NCBI GenBank assembly: GCA_040255465.1
Contig: JBDZVA010000002.1
Span: 346,373 to 410,372 of the forward strand
DNA length: 64,000 nucleotides
Direction of reading: 5' to 3'
Origin: Planctomycetaceae bacterium
GTDB taxonomy: Bacteria > Planctomycetota > Phycisphaerae > Phycisphaerales > UBA5793
The position numbers and the translations under genes were made by a program. Below the pieces are notes generated by a model, which did not search any database, was not told where the DNA came from, and was given only the letters and a program-made list of their open reading frames with translations. Every line of letters begins with the position of its first letter. Positions within the stretch are counted from its first letter, which is position 1. Below, piece after piece: positions 1 to 8,695 of the stretch.

Positions 1-1
1 C

Positions 2-1834
2 GACGTTACGCTCAACTCCAAGAGCCCGCTGCGCGGCATCTGGTCGCCGACGCACGAAGTCGAAGTCGTCCGCGATGGCGATCACAAAGCCCGCGCCGTC
101 TTCGAACGCACCAACTTCAGCCTTGCCGACGATTTCGTGCTCCTCTACGACGCCCAGCAGCGCGACGTCGGCTTGTCCGTCGTCTCCTACCGCGAAGATG
201 AGGCGCTGCCCGGCCATTTCCTCCTGCTGCTGGCCCCCAAGCCGCTGTGGGATGACCAGGTGCAGGTGCCCCAGGACTACGTCTTTGTCGTCGACACCTC
301 CGGCTCGATGGCCAGCGACGGCAAGATCGACCAGGCCAAGCAGGCCCTCATCTACTGCATCGACCGCCTCGAATCCGAAGACCGCTTCTCCGTGGTTCGC
401 TTTTCGACTGGCTTTGACACGATCTTCGACAAGTTGCAGAAAGCCGACAAGGCGAGCAAAGCCGAGGCAACTCATCGCGTCGAGAAGTTCAAGCCCTCCG
501 GCGGCACCAACATCAACGACGCGCTCAAAGCCGCCCTCGACATGCGCGATGCCGACGCCAAGGACCGACCCTTTGTCGTCGTCTTCATCACCGACGGCAA
601 GGGTGATCAGAAACGCGAGATCGTCGAAGACATGTTTGCTCGCATGACCAAGGACTTCCGCGCCAACATCCGTCTCTTCCCCTTCGGCGTGGGTCACGAT
701 GTCAACACTCAGCTGCTCGACGCACTCGCCACCGGCTACGGCGGCATTCCGACCTATGTGCAACCCGGCGAGAATCTTGAGCACAGCCTCGGCGACTTCT
801 TTGCCGTCTTCAGCGAACCCGTTCTCACTGACCTGCATCTGACACTGCCCGATGCCGTGGTCACCGAGCAGTATCCGCCGACGATCGGCGATCTCTACAA
901 CGGCCGCCAGATTCTCCTCGCAGGCCAGTTCGAAAAACCTGTCAAGGGTCCCGTCACGCTCAAAGCCAAGCGCGGCGACAAGGAACTCACCTATACCTGG
1001 AATGAGATCTCATTCGAGCCGACCAATGATGCGACCTACGTGCCGCGCATCTGGGCCGGCCGCAAGATCGCGTACCTCATCGACCGCATCCGCCTCGATG
1101 GCGAATCGAGCGAGATGGTGCGCGAGATCATGGACCTGTCCACGAAGTACAGCCTGCAGACGCCGTATTCGAGCTACCTCGTCGCGCCGGAACTGGAGCG
1201 CAGCATCTTCGGCGCGCCCGGCGATCGGCCAAACCGCCTGAGTTTCGGGCGCGGTCGAGGCAGTGGCTTCGAGGGCGGTGGTGGCGGGTTTGAAGGAGGA
1301 GCAGCGCCGGCCAGCGAGTCTCTGCGCCGGTCGCTCGACACCGAAGAGGCCCTCAAGGAAGCACGTGAGAACGCCCCCGCGAGTCGCCCTGCGGGTGCCG
1401 GTAAGGCAGGGGGTGACGACAGGCTGTATCAGATGAATCCCACCGATGCCGCTGGGGAAGGCGCCTTCTACCTTGCCGCCCGCCAGGCCCGCGCACGCGA
1501 AGCCACAGCCCTCGAAGATCAGAACGCCGATACGCGCGCGATGGCTATCCGCCGCATCGGCGATCGCAACTACGTCTTCGTCTCCGGCTACCTCGTCGAC
1601 TCAACGTTGACGGAAGAAACCAAACTCACCGAACTCAAGTTCGGCTCCGACGGCTACTTCGATCTCATCATGATGCGACCCGACCTGCGCAAGGCCCTCG
1701 CCGCCAGTAAATTCATGGTCGTCATGGTTGATCCGAAGAACGCCATCGTCATCCGCCAGGAAGAAGGCGTGGGCTCACTCACCGATGAAATGAAGGCCAT
1801 CATCAAGGCAGGAGCGCCCAAACCCAAGAAGTGA
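2..1834 (+). CDS. VIT + von Willebrand factor type A (vWA) domain protein, 5' end outside window
   Basis: The frame of listed ORF 137..1834 stays open back to base 2 (DVTLNSKSPLRGIWSPTHEVEVV...). It has the MIDAS-type motif DTSGSM, then SGGTNI and FITDG as in vWA domains, with VIT-like sequence upstream. A Gly-rich linker (GRGRGSGFEGGGGGFEGG) and a C-terminal domain follow. TGA at 1832-1834. Confidence 0.85.
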   Translation, partial: DVTLNSKSPLRGIWSPTHEVEVVRDGDHKARAVFERTNFSLADDFVLLYDAQQRDVGLSVVSYREDEALPGHFLLLLAPKPLWDDQVQVPQDYVFVVDTSGSMASDGKIDQAKQALIYCIDRLESEDRFSVVRFSTGFDTIFDKLQKADKASKAEATHRVEKFKPSGGTNINDALKAALDMRDADAKDRPFVVVFITDGKGDQKREIVEDMFARMTKDFRANIRLFPFGVGHDVNTQLLDALATGYGGIPTYVQPGENLEHSLGDFFAVFSEPVLTDLHLTLPDAVVTEQYPPTIGDLYNGRQILLAGQFEKPVKGPVTLKAKRGDKELTYTWNEISFEPTNDATYVPRIWAGRKIAYLIDRIRLDGESSEMVREIMDLSTKYSLQTPYSSYLVAPELERSIFGAPGDRPNRLSFGRGRGSGFEGGGGGFEGGAAPASESLRRSLDTEEALKEARENAPASRPAGAGKAGGDDRLYQMNPTDAAGEGAFYLAARQARAREATALEDQNADTRAMAIRRIGDRNYVFVSGYLVDSTLTEETKLTELKFGSDGYFDLIMMRPDLRKALAASKFMVVMVDPKNAIVIRQEEGVGSLTDEMKAIIKAGAPKPKK

Positions 1835-1842
1835 GGCGGCGC

Positions 1843-1912
1843 GTAGGTCGGGACAAGGCTCTGTCGAAGATCCTGAGCGAAGTCGAAGGGCGCAGGCCCG
1901 GCGCTTGGGCTC
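1843..1912 (+). repeat. Degenerate or interrupted copy of REP family 2 (GTAGG + CGGG.CAAGGCT ... GCGCAGGCCCGGC)
   Basis: It starts 9 nt after the vWA stop. GTAGGTCGGGACAAGGCT matches the first 18 nt of the 12590 copy apart from 2 mismatches. The 3' arm GGCGCAGGCCCGGCGCTTGGGCT resembles the 3' arm plus flank of the 3255 copy, but extra sequence lies between the arms. Confidence 0.3.
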
Positions 1913-1937
1913 GGAGACGCCGATACGATCTGCCTTG

Positions 1938-2702
1938 CTACCCCATCCCCAGCGGCAGCGCGTGCAGATCCGGCCGTCGCGCGATGTTCGGCGGCGCATC
2001 GAGCCATTGCACATTGAGCATCCCGCGGCGAAAGCCGTAGCCGGTCTGCTGCAGCGACAGTTCGCCCAGGCACAGGCTCCAGCCTTCGAGCCACAGACTG
2101 AGCTGGTGTCGCTGCGCGTCCGTTCCGTGGGTGACGATGAAGAGGTCAATGTCACTCCCGGGCCCGGCTTCTCCGTTGCCGGTGCTCCCTCCGAGATAGA
2201 CGGCCGTCACGCCAAAGCGATCCGCATCCAGCGCGTTTGCCAGCGACCGGGCGTACGACTCGCGCCAGCGCCAGTGCAGCCCCGGCTCCGTCGCCCGCCC
2301 GCCGAGCAGCTCGGTATGCTTCCATTCGAGATACTCGCTGATCCGATGCGCGATGTTGCGCAGCAGGACGGATTCTTCGGGAAGAAACGCCTCGGGCGCC
2401 AACTGGGGATCGATCGTGTCGGAAACCTGGATCCATCCGACTTCGATGCCGCACAGCAGAATCGGCTCTGTGATCGACCGACCCGATGATGAAAAGCCCG
2501 GGCCGACAAAACTCCGCCCCATGTATTCAATCCGCGCCCCCGTCGAGTCCGGCCGCTGCCAACCGTCCGGAATCACTTCAAGCACGCGCAGAAACACATG
2601 GGCGGGGGGCTGGCCGCGCTGCGACACCGCCTCGTGCACCCGATACAGGCACCGCAACTCCTTGGCCCGCTCCCGCAGTTGAAAAACTTCGTCGGCAGAC
2701 AC
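1938..2702 (-). CDS. Nucleotidyltransferase (Pol-beta superfamily) domain protein with N-terminal sensor-like domain
   Basis: C-terminal half has GGSTGNGEAGPGSDIDLFIV, the G[SG]x9-13DxD minimal nucleotidyltransferase signature. N-terminal half (ELRCLYRVHEA...IPDGWQ...FLPEESVLLRNIAHRI) resembles a small-ligand sensor module seen at the N-termini of signalling proteins. Confidence 0.7.
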   Translation of the reverse strand: MSADEVFQLRERAKELRCLYRVHEAVSQRGQPPAHVFLRVLEVIPDGWQRPDSTGARIEYMGRSFVGPGFSSSGRSITEPILLCGIEVGWIQVSDTIDPQLAPEAFLPEESVLLRNIAHRISEYLEWKHTELLGGRATEPGLHWRWRESYARSLANALDADRFGVTAVYLGGSTGNGEAGPGSDIDLFIVTHGTDAQRHQLSLWLEGWSLCLGELSLQQTGYGFRRGMLNVQWLDAPPNIARRPDLHALPLGMG

Positions 2703-2824
2703 GGCGAACTCCTTTGATCCAAATCTCGATCGCCAGATGCATCAAAGAATACGCCGTCCACCAGGGGTCATGGGTCAAGCAAAGCCCCCCGGACTTGGAT
2801 GCTCGCGAGGGCAGATGCCGAAAC

Positions 2825-2858
2825 GTAGGCCGGTGTCAAGGCTCGGCGCAGACCCGGC
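2825..2858 (+). repeat. REP family 2 hairpin (GTAGG-CCGGTGTC-loop-GACCCGGC)
   Basis: GTAGGCCGGTGTCAAGGCTCGGCGCAGACCCGGC. The 5' GTAGG is followed by an imperfect palindrome (CCGGTGTC / GACCCGGC). Near-identical copies lie at 3255 and 12590. Confidence 0.6.
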
Positions 2859-2958
2859 GATTGGGTTGCCGAGTTGCAGTGGTAGCAACCGATCCGACCT
2901 GCTCCATCAAGTCCCAGGCACTTTCGGCACCGCCTTCGCTTCACGTGACACCGAAGCC

Positions 2959-3232
2959 GAAAGCGCCGACTTCAACCCCGAAGGGGTGCCAGAATGTAGC
3001 CACGGGTGCAGCGCAGCCGCGCCGCGGCGCAGCGCAACCCGTGGACGTCGTCAGAAAACGATTCAAGCCCTGAAGGGGCGAAGGAAGCGATCGCCGCGCG
3101 TCGAACGCACAAAGGACTCGAACACCTCAGTCGCCCCTGCCGGGGCTAACCTCGATCAATCGATCCTAACCACGGGTTCCGCTCGCTGCGCATCGCTCCA
3201 CCCTAGGCTACACCCTTGCGCCCCTCCGGGGC
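2959..3232 (+). repeat. 274-bp MITE-like palindromic element, copy A
   Basis: Aligns without indels to 4025..4298 with 18 mismatches by hand count. Internal inverted repeats are TGTAGCCACGGGTGCAGCG ... CGCTCCACCCTAGGCTACA, and the outer mini-hairpins are CCCCGAAGGGG and CCCCTCCGGGG. The ORFs across it are only translations of the repeat. Confidence 0.75.
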
Positions 3233-3254
3233 ACCAGAACCGCTCCGGCGTGTT

Positions 3255-3288
3255 GTGGGCCGGGGTCAAGGCTCGGCGCAGACCCGGC
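3255..3288 (+). repeat. REP family 2 hairpin (GTGGG variant)
   Basis: GTGGGCCGGGGTCAAGGCTCGGCGCAGACCCGGC. It has the same loop and 3' arm as the copy at 2825. Confidence 0.55.
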
Positions 3289-3339
3289 ACTTGGGCTACG
3301 ATGGCGCTTTGAACACCAGCGCAGAGCCGGGAGCCACTC

Positions 3340-3945
3340 ATGTCTCGCCAGGTTCCAGAGTTATCCTGCCCGATCTGTGGATACGACTGTCACGCAGTTG
3401 ACAGCGCCTCGTGCTCAGAATGCGGTGCGATGCTGAGCCGCTCCATTACATCGCCAAACATGCTCAACCTAGGCCCATGGCAGTTGCGACTTCTGATTTG
3501 TGCCTCCGCCCTTCTCCTCGTCGCGATTGTGTTGGGAACGATGTCGGCGGACGTATCTAGACAGCGTATGAAACGTCAGTTTGATCTCGTCCAACAGAAC
3601 ATGTCAGATCTGCAGGACTACCGATGGCAGAACATCCAGTGGTGGAATGATCTGCAGAGTGGAAAGCACCCCGGCCTGGCTCCCGCCGCACCGACGCTAG
3701 TCACCGCTGCAGACGAGTACCCTCGGAGTGAACTCTGGTTGGCGGCAACGGTCCATGCAGGGCCGCAGCTGTTTCTACTGGCGATGGCGAGCCTCATAGC
3801 TCTGCTCATTCTCTGGATGTCCGTGATACAGCAACGCCGCCCGAGCCCGGTGAGCACCGTGCGGCTGGTTAGCGGAATGGTCTATCTCTACGCCGCGATA
3901 GCACTGCTCATTGCCAGTATTGCAGTAGGTGAGTTCTTGGTGTGA
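3340..3945 (+). CDS. Hypothetical zinc-ribbon membrane protein
   Basis: N-terminal CPICGYDCH...CSECG (a four-Cys ribbon pattern) followed by hydrophobic helices (LLICASALLLVAIVLG; LFLLAMASLIALLILW; VYLYAAIALLIASIAV). Base composition is visibly more A/T-rich than the neighbours. The ORF is bracketed by the two 274-bp repeats. Confidence 0.55.
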   Translation: MSRQVPELSCPICGYDCHAVDSASCSECGAMLSRSITSPNMLNLGPWQLRLLICASALLLVAIVLGTMSADVSRQRMKRQFDLVQQNMSDLQDYRWQNIQWWNDLQSGKHPGLAPAAPTLVTAADEYPRSELWLAATVHAGPQLFLLAMASLIALLILWMSVIQQRRPSPVSTVRLVSGMVYLYAAIALLIASIAVGEFLV

Positions 3946-4024
3946 TGTCACCGTCACCACGAGGAACTGGAACCTACACCCAGAGTACTTGCCGCGCCAC
4001 CGAACTTCTTGCGAAGTAGTAGTT

Positions 4025-4298
4025 GAAAGTGCCAACTTCAACCCCGAAGGGGTGCCAGAATGTAGCCACGGGTGGAGCGCAGCCGCGCCGCGGCGCAGCG
4101 GAGCCCGTGGATGTCGTCAGAACACAATTCAAGCCTCAAAGAGGCGGAAGAAGCGACCGCCGCGCGTCGAACGCACAAAGGACTCGAACACCTCTGTCGC
4201 CCCTGCCGGGGCTAACCTCGATCAATCGATCCTAACCACGGGTTCCGCTCGCTGCGCATCGCTCCACCCGAGGCTACACCCTCGCGCCCCTCCGGGGC
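4025..4298 (+). repeat. 274-bp MITE-like palindromic element, copy B
   Basis: Same orientation as copy A. The inverted repeat TGTAGCCACGGGTGGAGCG (4061-4079) versus CGCTCCACCCGAGGCTACA (4260-4278) has 1 mismatch in 19. The element ends 27 nt from the 3' end of the nucleotidase gene. Confidence 0.75.
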
Positions 4299-4325
4299 TG
4301 ACCGAAACCGACGGCTTCCGATCGA

Positions 4326-5315
4326 TCAAACCCCGAGCACCTTCCGCACCGCCGCCACCACTCGATCGTGCAGCACGCCGTTCGTCACGACCACCCCGAG
4401 GTTGTCGCGCAACGTCCGACCAATGGAAAAGTCCAACTCATTCCCGCGCACATCCGTCGCTCGCCCACCGGCCTCTTGAATCACAATGCAACCCGCCGCG
4501 TGATCCCAGATCTTCTCCTCGTACCCCTTCTTGGTCGGCAGGCGGAGGTAGATCGACGCGTCGCCGCGCGACACGGCCGCGTACTTGCACTGGCTGTCGA
4601 TGCGGTAGGGGGGCACGCTGATGCCCAGCAGTTCCGCGACCTTGGCCGAGTCATCCTGGGCCGAGTGAGCCGACTCGACCGACTCGCAGAAACTCGCTCG
4701 GCTCGGATCGCTGATGTTCGTCACATGGATCTTGTGCTCCGTCGGATCATCGAGCGTCCGCATCGTCGCGCCCTGACCCTGCACGGCGATGAAGACGCAC
4801 CCCGCCGGTCCATTCGGCTTCTTGCCATCATGCGGCAGGCTCGGGCAGCCGAGCACGCCGAGCACGACCTGGCCATCTTCGATCAAGGCCAGCGCCACGG
4901 CATACTGATCGTTGCGCAGGAATCCCTTGGTGCCGTCAATGGGATCGAGCGTCCAGTGCCGCCCTTTCGGCCCGCCTTCGTACATGCCGCGATCGATCGC
5001 ATCGAGGATGGCGCTCTCGGTCATCGAGCGGGCGACCTTCTGCACGCTGGAGACGACCTTGCCGCGCAGGTCGGCGCCAGCATCGCCACGCAACGCCGCC
5101 GCATCTTCCTCGCCGACGAGCGGATCATTCGGGAATGCCTTTCGCAGCTGGCTGGCGACCACCGCCTGGGCCCCGAAGTCCGCCACCGTCACCGGCGACT
5201 TGTCCTTCTTGGCCATCGTCTCTTCGGAGATCAGCGTCGCCTGCACCGTCTTGCACAGTTGGCAGGCGTCGAGCACGGCGTTCACGGCGGCCTGGCGTTC
5301 AGCAGCGTATTTCAT
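4326..5315 (-). CDS. 3'(2'),5'-bisphosphate nucleotidase (HAL2/SAL1-type, inositol monophosphatase superfamily)
   Basis: Carries the family motifs PVTVADFGAQ, VGEED, WTLDPIDGTKGF and WDHAAG. Its length and the internal insertion resemble the HAL2/SAL1 type more than short CysQ. Confidence 0.85.
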   Translation of the reverse strand: MKYAAERQAAVNAVLDACQLCKTVQATLISEETMAKKDKSPVTVADFGAQAVVASQLRKAFPNDPLVGEEDAAALRGDAGADLRGKVVSSVQKVARSMTESAILDAIDRGMYEGGPKGRHWTLDPIDGTKGFLRNDQYAVALALIEDGQVVLGVLGCPSLPHDGKKPNGPAGCVFIAVQGQGATMRTLDDPTEHKIHVTNISDPSRASFCESVESAHSAQDDSAKVAELLGISVPPYRIDSQCKYAAVSRGDASIYLRLPTKKGYEEKIWDHAAGCIVIQEAGGRATDVRGNELDFSIGRTLRDNLGVVVTNGVLHDRVVAAVRKVLGV

Positions 5316-5454
5316 GTCAGTTCTTTCGGGAGTTCTCTTGGGTCAACGGACCTGGAAGTGGAACTTGATCCTTGCCGGCCCGTCCGAGGGCTTCAAGGCT
5401 GGAATCCACCTGAAACGCAAGTTTGCGGCGAGCCCAAGCCGATAACTTCCAGAC

Positions 5455-6057
5455 ATGCTCACGCCACGCCGCCTGATCATCACCGATGGTTCGCTGCCCG
5501 CACTCGCCGCGCTGTCGCTGCAGAATCGCCCGGATCAGGCGGTGCTCTGGGTGCCGGAACTGGCCGATCATTCGACCCCCCAGCGCCTCGCCGCGATCGC
5601 TCGTCAGGCGACGCACTTTCGCATCGATCGCACGGTCGGCCCCGGCGCTGCGCGATCCGCAGTCGCCAAACCATCGGCTCGAGGCATCCATCATTCGGCG
5701 CTGGATGGCGCGGGCCTGCTGATCGCCGCGGTCATTGCGGCCCGCGAATTGCGCTGCAGCCGCGTCGTGTGGCCCTGTCAGGCCGGCGTCGATCTGGATC
5801 GCATGGCGACGCTGCACGAGGTGTCGATGTGCGCCGCGCATCTTGCAGATCTGGATGCGACCACCACAAACCCCGCCCCGGAGATTCGCACGCCCGTGCT
5901 CGACTGCACCGACGAGCAGATCATCGATCTCATCTCCAGCAGTGGAGTACCGACGAGTCTCGCGTGGTGGTGTGATCATGACTTGCCGCGCCCCTGCGGC
6001 GGGTGCGACTCCTGCCGCCGATGGGACAGCGTCCTGCGCGCCACAGCCGCCGCCTGA
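5455..6057 (+). CDS. QueC-like protein lacking the PP-loop signature
   Basis: The C-terminal cysteine pattern WWC...PCGGCDSCRRW matches the QueC Zn-binding C...CGxCxxCxxR cluster, and the central region aligns by eye with the QueC core. The position of the N-terminal SGGxDS PP-loop reads ITDGSLPA instead. Confidence 0.5.
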   Translation: MLTPRRLIITDGSLPALAALSLQNRPDQAVLWVPELADHSTPQRLAAIARQATHFRIDRTVGPGAARSAVAKPSARGIHHSALDGAGLLIAAVIAARELRCSRVVWPCQAGVDLDRMATLHEVSMCAAHLADLDATTTNPAPEIRTPVLDCTDEQIIDLISSSGVPTSLAWWCDHDLPRPCGGCDSCRRWDSVLRATAAA

Positions 6058-6106
6058 CACAAATCGGCGCGGACGAGGCTCCGTGTTGGCGGGGGAGTTC
6101 GATGCT

Positions 6107-7045
6107 TCAGATCGGACGCCGCGACGGTGGCTCGTTCGTCACCATCTCAGCGCGCGGCCGCGAGGGGATGAACGGGTCGGGCGGATTCTTCACCGGCTCG
6201 ACGGCGGCCGACTTCTTCAGCGTGTTCTCCAGCGCGCCGCCGATTCGGCCCGCGCCTACGAGGCTGCCCGCCTTGCGATTGCTCGCCTCGGCCTCGATCG
6301 CCAGTTCTTCCGCCGTCGGACCATTCGAGACGATGCCCGTCTCAATGCCCGCCGCAAACCGCAGGCCGATGATCGTCGTCGCCGCCAGCGCCGCAACGGG
6401 AAGCAGGAAGAACTTACCGTAGAACAGCAGGCTCGGCAGCGCCTCAGGACCTCCCGCCGTAAAGGCGTCACTGGCGCCCGTCATCACGTCATACGTCGTA
6501 AACACGCCGCCGAAGGGGAACTCAGCCGCCAGCCGCTGCCACGGCAGGCACAGAGCCAGCAGCGCCATCGACCACGCCTGGGCGGAGACGATGCCACGAA
6601 TGCCATACACGCTCGCCCCCGACGCGACCACGGTCCCGACGGCCAGTTGCACGCACAGCGCCAGACAACCGGCGATCCCCACCACCAGCGCCAACTGGTG
6701 CTGCACGCGAAACCACACGTTGAAGCGACTGGCCGACTCATTGACCTCAGGCGGCGGAGCGTTCTTGACGACCTCAGGCTCGACCGCCGGCCTGGGCTCC
6801 ACGCCCGTCAGCGAATGGACCTCACCGCGCTGCGGCTTGGTCTTCTTGACCACCGTGGGGTGATACTCTGCGGCGGTCGGCTGGATCTTGGTGACCCTCA
6901 GATCCGTGTAGTTCACCAGCGCCCAAGTGAAGATCTGCACAAAAAGCGACAGCCCGACAATCCACGCGCACACCGTCACGCTCAGCCGGACATGGCGCAG
7001 CGCGGGCGAAGCATGCGGAGTATGAATGTGGGGAGGGCCTTCCAT
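6107..7045 (-). CDS. Hypothetical integral membrane protein
   Basis: Several clear hydrophobic helices (VCAWIVGLSLFVQIFTWALV; LALVVGIAGCLALCVQLAVG; AWSMALLALCLPW; FFLLPVAALAATTIIGL). The overlapping + strand ORF 5735..7114 is Arg-rich and looks like a shadow frame. Confidence 0.5.
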   Translation of the reverse strand: MEGPPHIHTPHASPALRHVRLSVTVCAWIVGLSLFVQIFTWALVNYTDLRVTKIQPTAAEYHPTVVKKTKPQRGEVHSLTGVEPRPAVEPEVVKNAPPPEVNESASRFNVWFRVQHQLALVVGIAGCLALCVQLAVGTVVASGASVYGIRGIVSAQAWSMALLALCLPWQRLAAEFPFGGVFTTYDVMTGASDAFTAGGPEALPSLLFYGKFFLLPVAALAATTIIGLRFAAGIETGIVSNGPTAEELAIEAEASNRKAGSLVGAGRIGGALENTLKKSAAVEPVKNPPDPFIPSRPRAEMVTNEPPSRRPI

Positions 7046-7291
7046 CAGGTGCTTCCCGAGCCATCGGTTACTGAGATTCCTTGGTTCCTATCGGTCATTC
7101 GGCGGGCGGAGTGAGGTCGGCACGCCCGATTCCAGCAAGGCATTCGTCACGACGGGCACAATCGATCGGGCACGTGACGATCCCTCGGGGGCAGGCCGCG
7201 TTTTCGGACCTGAAACCCACTTCGACGGGGCCCCACGGCGACTCGGGCATATGCTCTGGAGCCGGCAGAACCGCCGGGAATCGGCAGGCCA

Positions 7292-8695
7292 ATGACAGCA
7301 TTCACACCCGACCTTGATCCCGGCGACGACCTCGGCGCGGCCGCGTGCGGCTTCGACCCCGGCTGGCTGCGGGGCCTGATCTTCGGCGAAGTACGCCTCG
7401 ACGTCGAGACGGCCATGCGGATCTACCGCACCGTGCCGCTCTTCGCCCTCGGCCGCTGGGCCGACGCTCGCTGCCGCGTCCTGCACGGCAACGCCATCCG
7501 CACCTACGTCATCGATCGCAACATCAACTACACCAACGTCTGCACGGCCCATTGCACCTTCTGCGCCTTTCGCCGCGATGGCGACGAAGACGACGCGTAC
7601 ACCCTTTCCGCCGAGCAGATCACCGCCAAGATCAGCGAGCTCAGCGCCATCGGCGGCACGCAGATTCTCATGCAGGGCGGCATGAATCCGCAGTTGCCGC
7701 TGTCGTGGTACGAAGATCTTCTCGCCGGCATCAAGGCCGAGCATCCGCACATCCACATCCACGCCTTCAGCCCGCCCGAATTCATCGAGTTCGTCCGCTT
7801 CTTCGATCCGCCCGGCGCTGATCTCGAAGCCAAACTCACGTACGTCTTCGAACGTCTCAGGAAGGCCGGCCTCGACTCTCTGCCCGGCGGCGGCGGGGAA
7901 ATCTTCGCCCTCCCCGTGCGCAAAAAGATCGGCCTTGGAAAGTGCACCGCCGAGGAGTGGCTCACCGTCATGCGCGTCGCGCATCGCCTCGGCATGTACA
8001 CCTCCGCGACCATGATGTTCGGCCACATCGAAGGCATCGCCGACCGCATCCACCACATGGACCTCGTGCGAACATGGCAGGATCGCTCCATCAATGACTT
8101 CGCCCGGCACGGCGGCGGCCGCTACAAGGCCTTCATTTCCTGGCCCTTTCAACGCGAGAACACGCCGCTTGGCCGACTGCCCGAGTGGGAGCCGCAGGCC
8201 GGCCAGGAGTTCCCCGGCGACATCGTCGCGGCAGGGGGTCACAGTGACCGCTTCGGCAAGGTCGTCCGCATGGCCGGGGCCACGGAATACCTCCGCACAC
8301 AGGCGATCAGTCGCCTGTATCTCGACAATGTTCACTCGATCGGCGCCAGTTGGGTGACCATGGGGCCGCACATCGGCCAGGTCGCCCTGAGCTTCGGCGC
8401 CAACGACATGGGCAGTGTGATGATGGAGGAGAACGTCGTCTCAGCCGCGGGCACGACCTACTGCCTCACCGAACAACTCATCTGTCATCTCATTCGCAAC
8501 GCCGGCTTCCTCCCCGCGCAGCGCAACAACGTTTACAACCTCCTGCGCGTGCACGACGGCCCCGAGTCTCCCGATCTGCTCGTGACCGACTGGTCCCAGC
8601 AGCGCGCCAGGAAACTGGCGATCGAAGGGCGCACGGAAACCAGCCCGGTTGAAGTAACCGTCTCCGCCGGCGGCGATCGCGTTGCGATTCAGTGA
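7292..8695 (+). CDS. Radical SAM enzyme of the MqnC/MqnE (CofH-like) family, menaquinone biosynthesis via futalosine
   Basis: NINYTNVCTAHCTFCAF (CxxxCxxC cluster in the family-typical NxTNxC context), followed by GGTQILMQGG and HIHAFSPPE. MqnC and MqnE cannot be separated by eye. The start could be slightly downstream. Confidence 0.8.
   Translation: MTAFTPDLDPGDDLGAAACGFDPGWLRGLIFGEVRLDVETAMRIYRTVPLFALGRWADARCRVLHGNAIRTYVIDRNINYTNVCTAHCTFCAFRRDGDEDDAYTLSAEQITAKISELSAIGGTQILMQGGMNPQLPLSWYEDLLAGIKAEHPHIHIHAFSPPEFIEFVRFFDPPGADLEAKLTYVFERLRKAGLDSLPGGGGEIFALPVRKKIGLGKCTAEEWLTVMRVAHRLGMYTSATMMFGHIEGIADRIHHMDLVRTWQDRSINDFARHGGGRYKAFISWPFQRENTPLGRLPEWEPQAGQEFPGDIVAAGGHSDRFGKVVRMAGATEYLRTQAISRLYLDNVHSIGASWVTMGPHIGQVALSFGANDMGSVMMEENVVSAAGTTYCLTEQLICHLIRNAGFLPAQRNNVYNLLRVHDGPESPDLLVTDWSQQRARKLAIEGRTETSPVEVTVSAGGDRVAIQ

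Noticed and set aside
2737-4621. ORFs 2737..3312 (191 aa) and 3929..4621 (230 aa), which share a near-identical peptide block (NPEGVPECSHG.SAAAPRRS...).
   Set aside because: The shared block is only the translation of the two 274-bp repeat copies. The rest is low-complexity, and the ORFs run across REP hairpins. I treat them as repeat DNA, not paralogous genes.
5735-7114. A 459-aa + strand ORF overlapping both the QueC-like gene and the membrane-protein gene.
   Set aside because: The product is extremely Arg-rich and low-complexity. The minus-strand alternative (6107..7045) has clear TM helices and normal composition.
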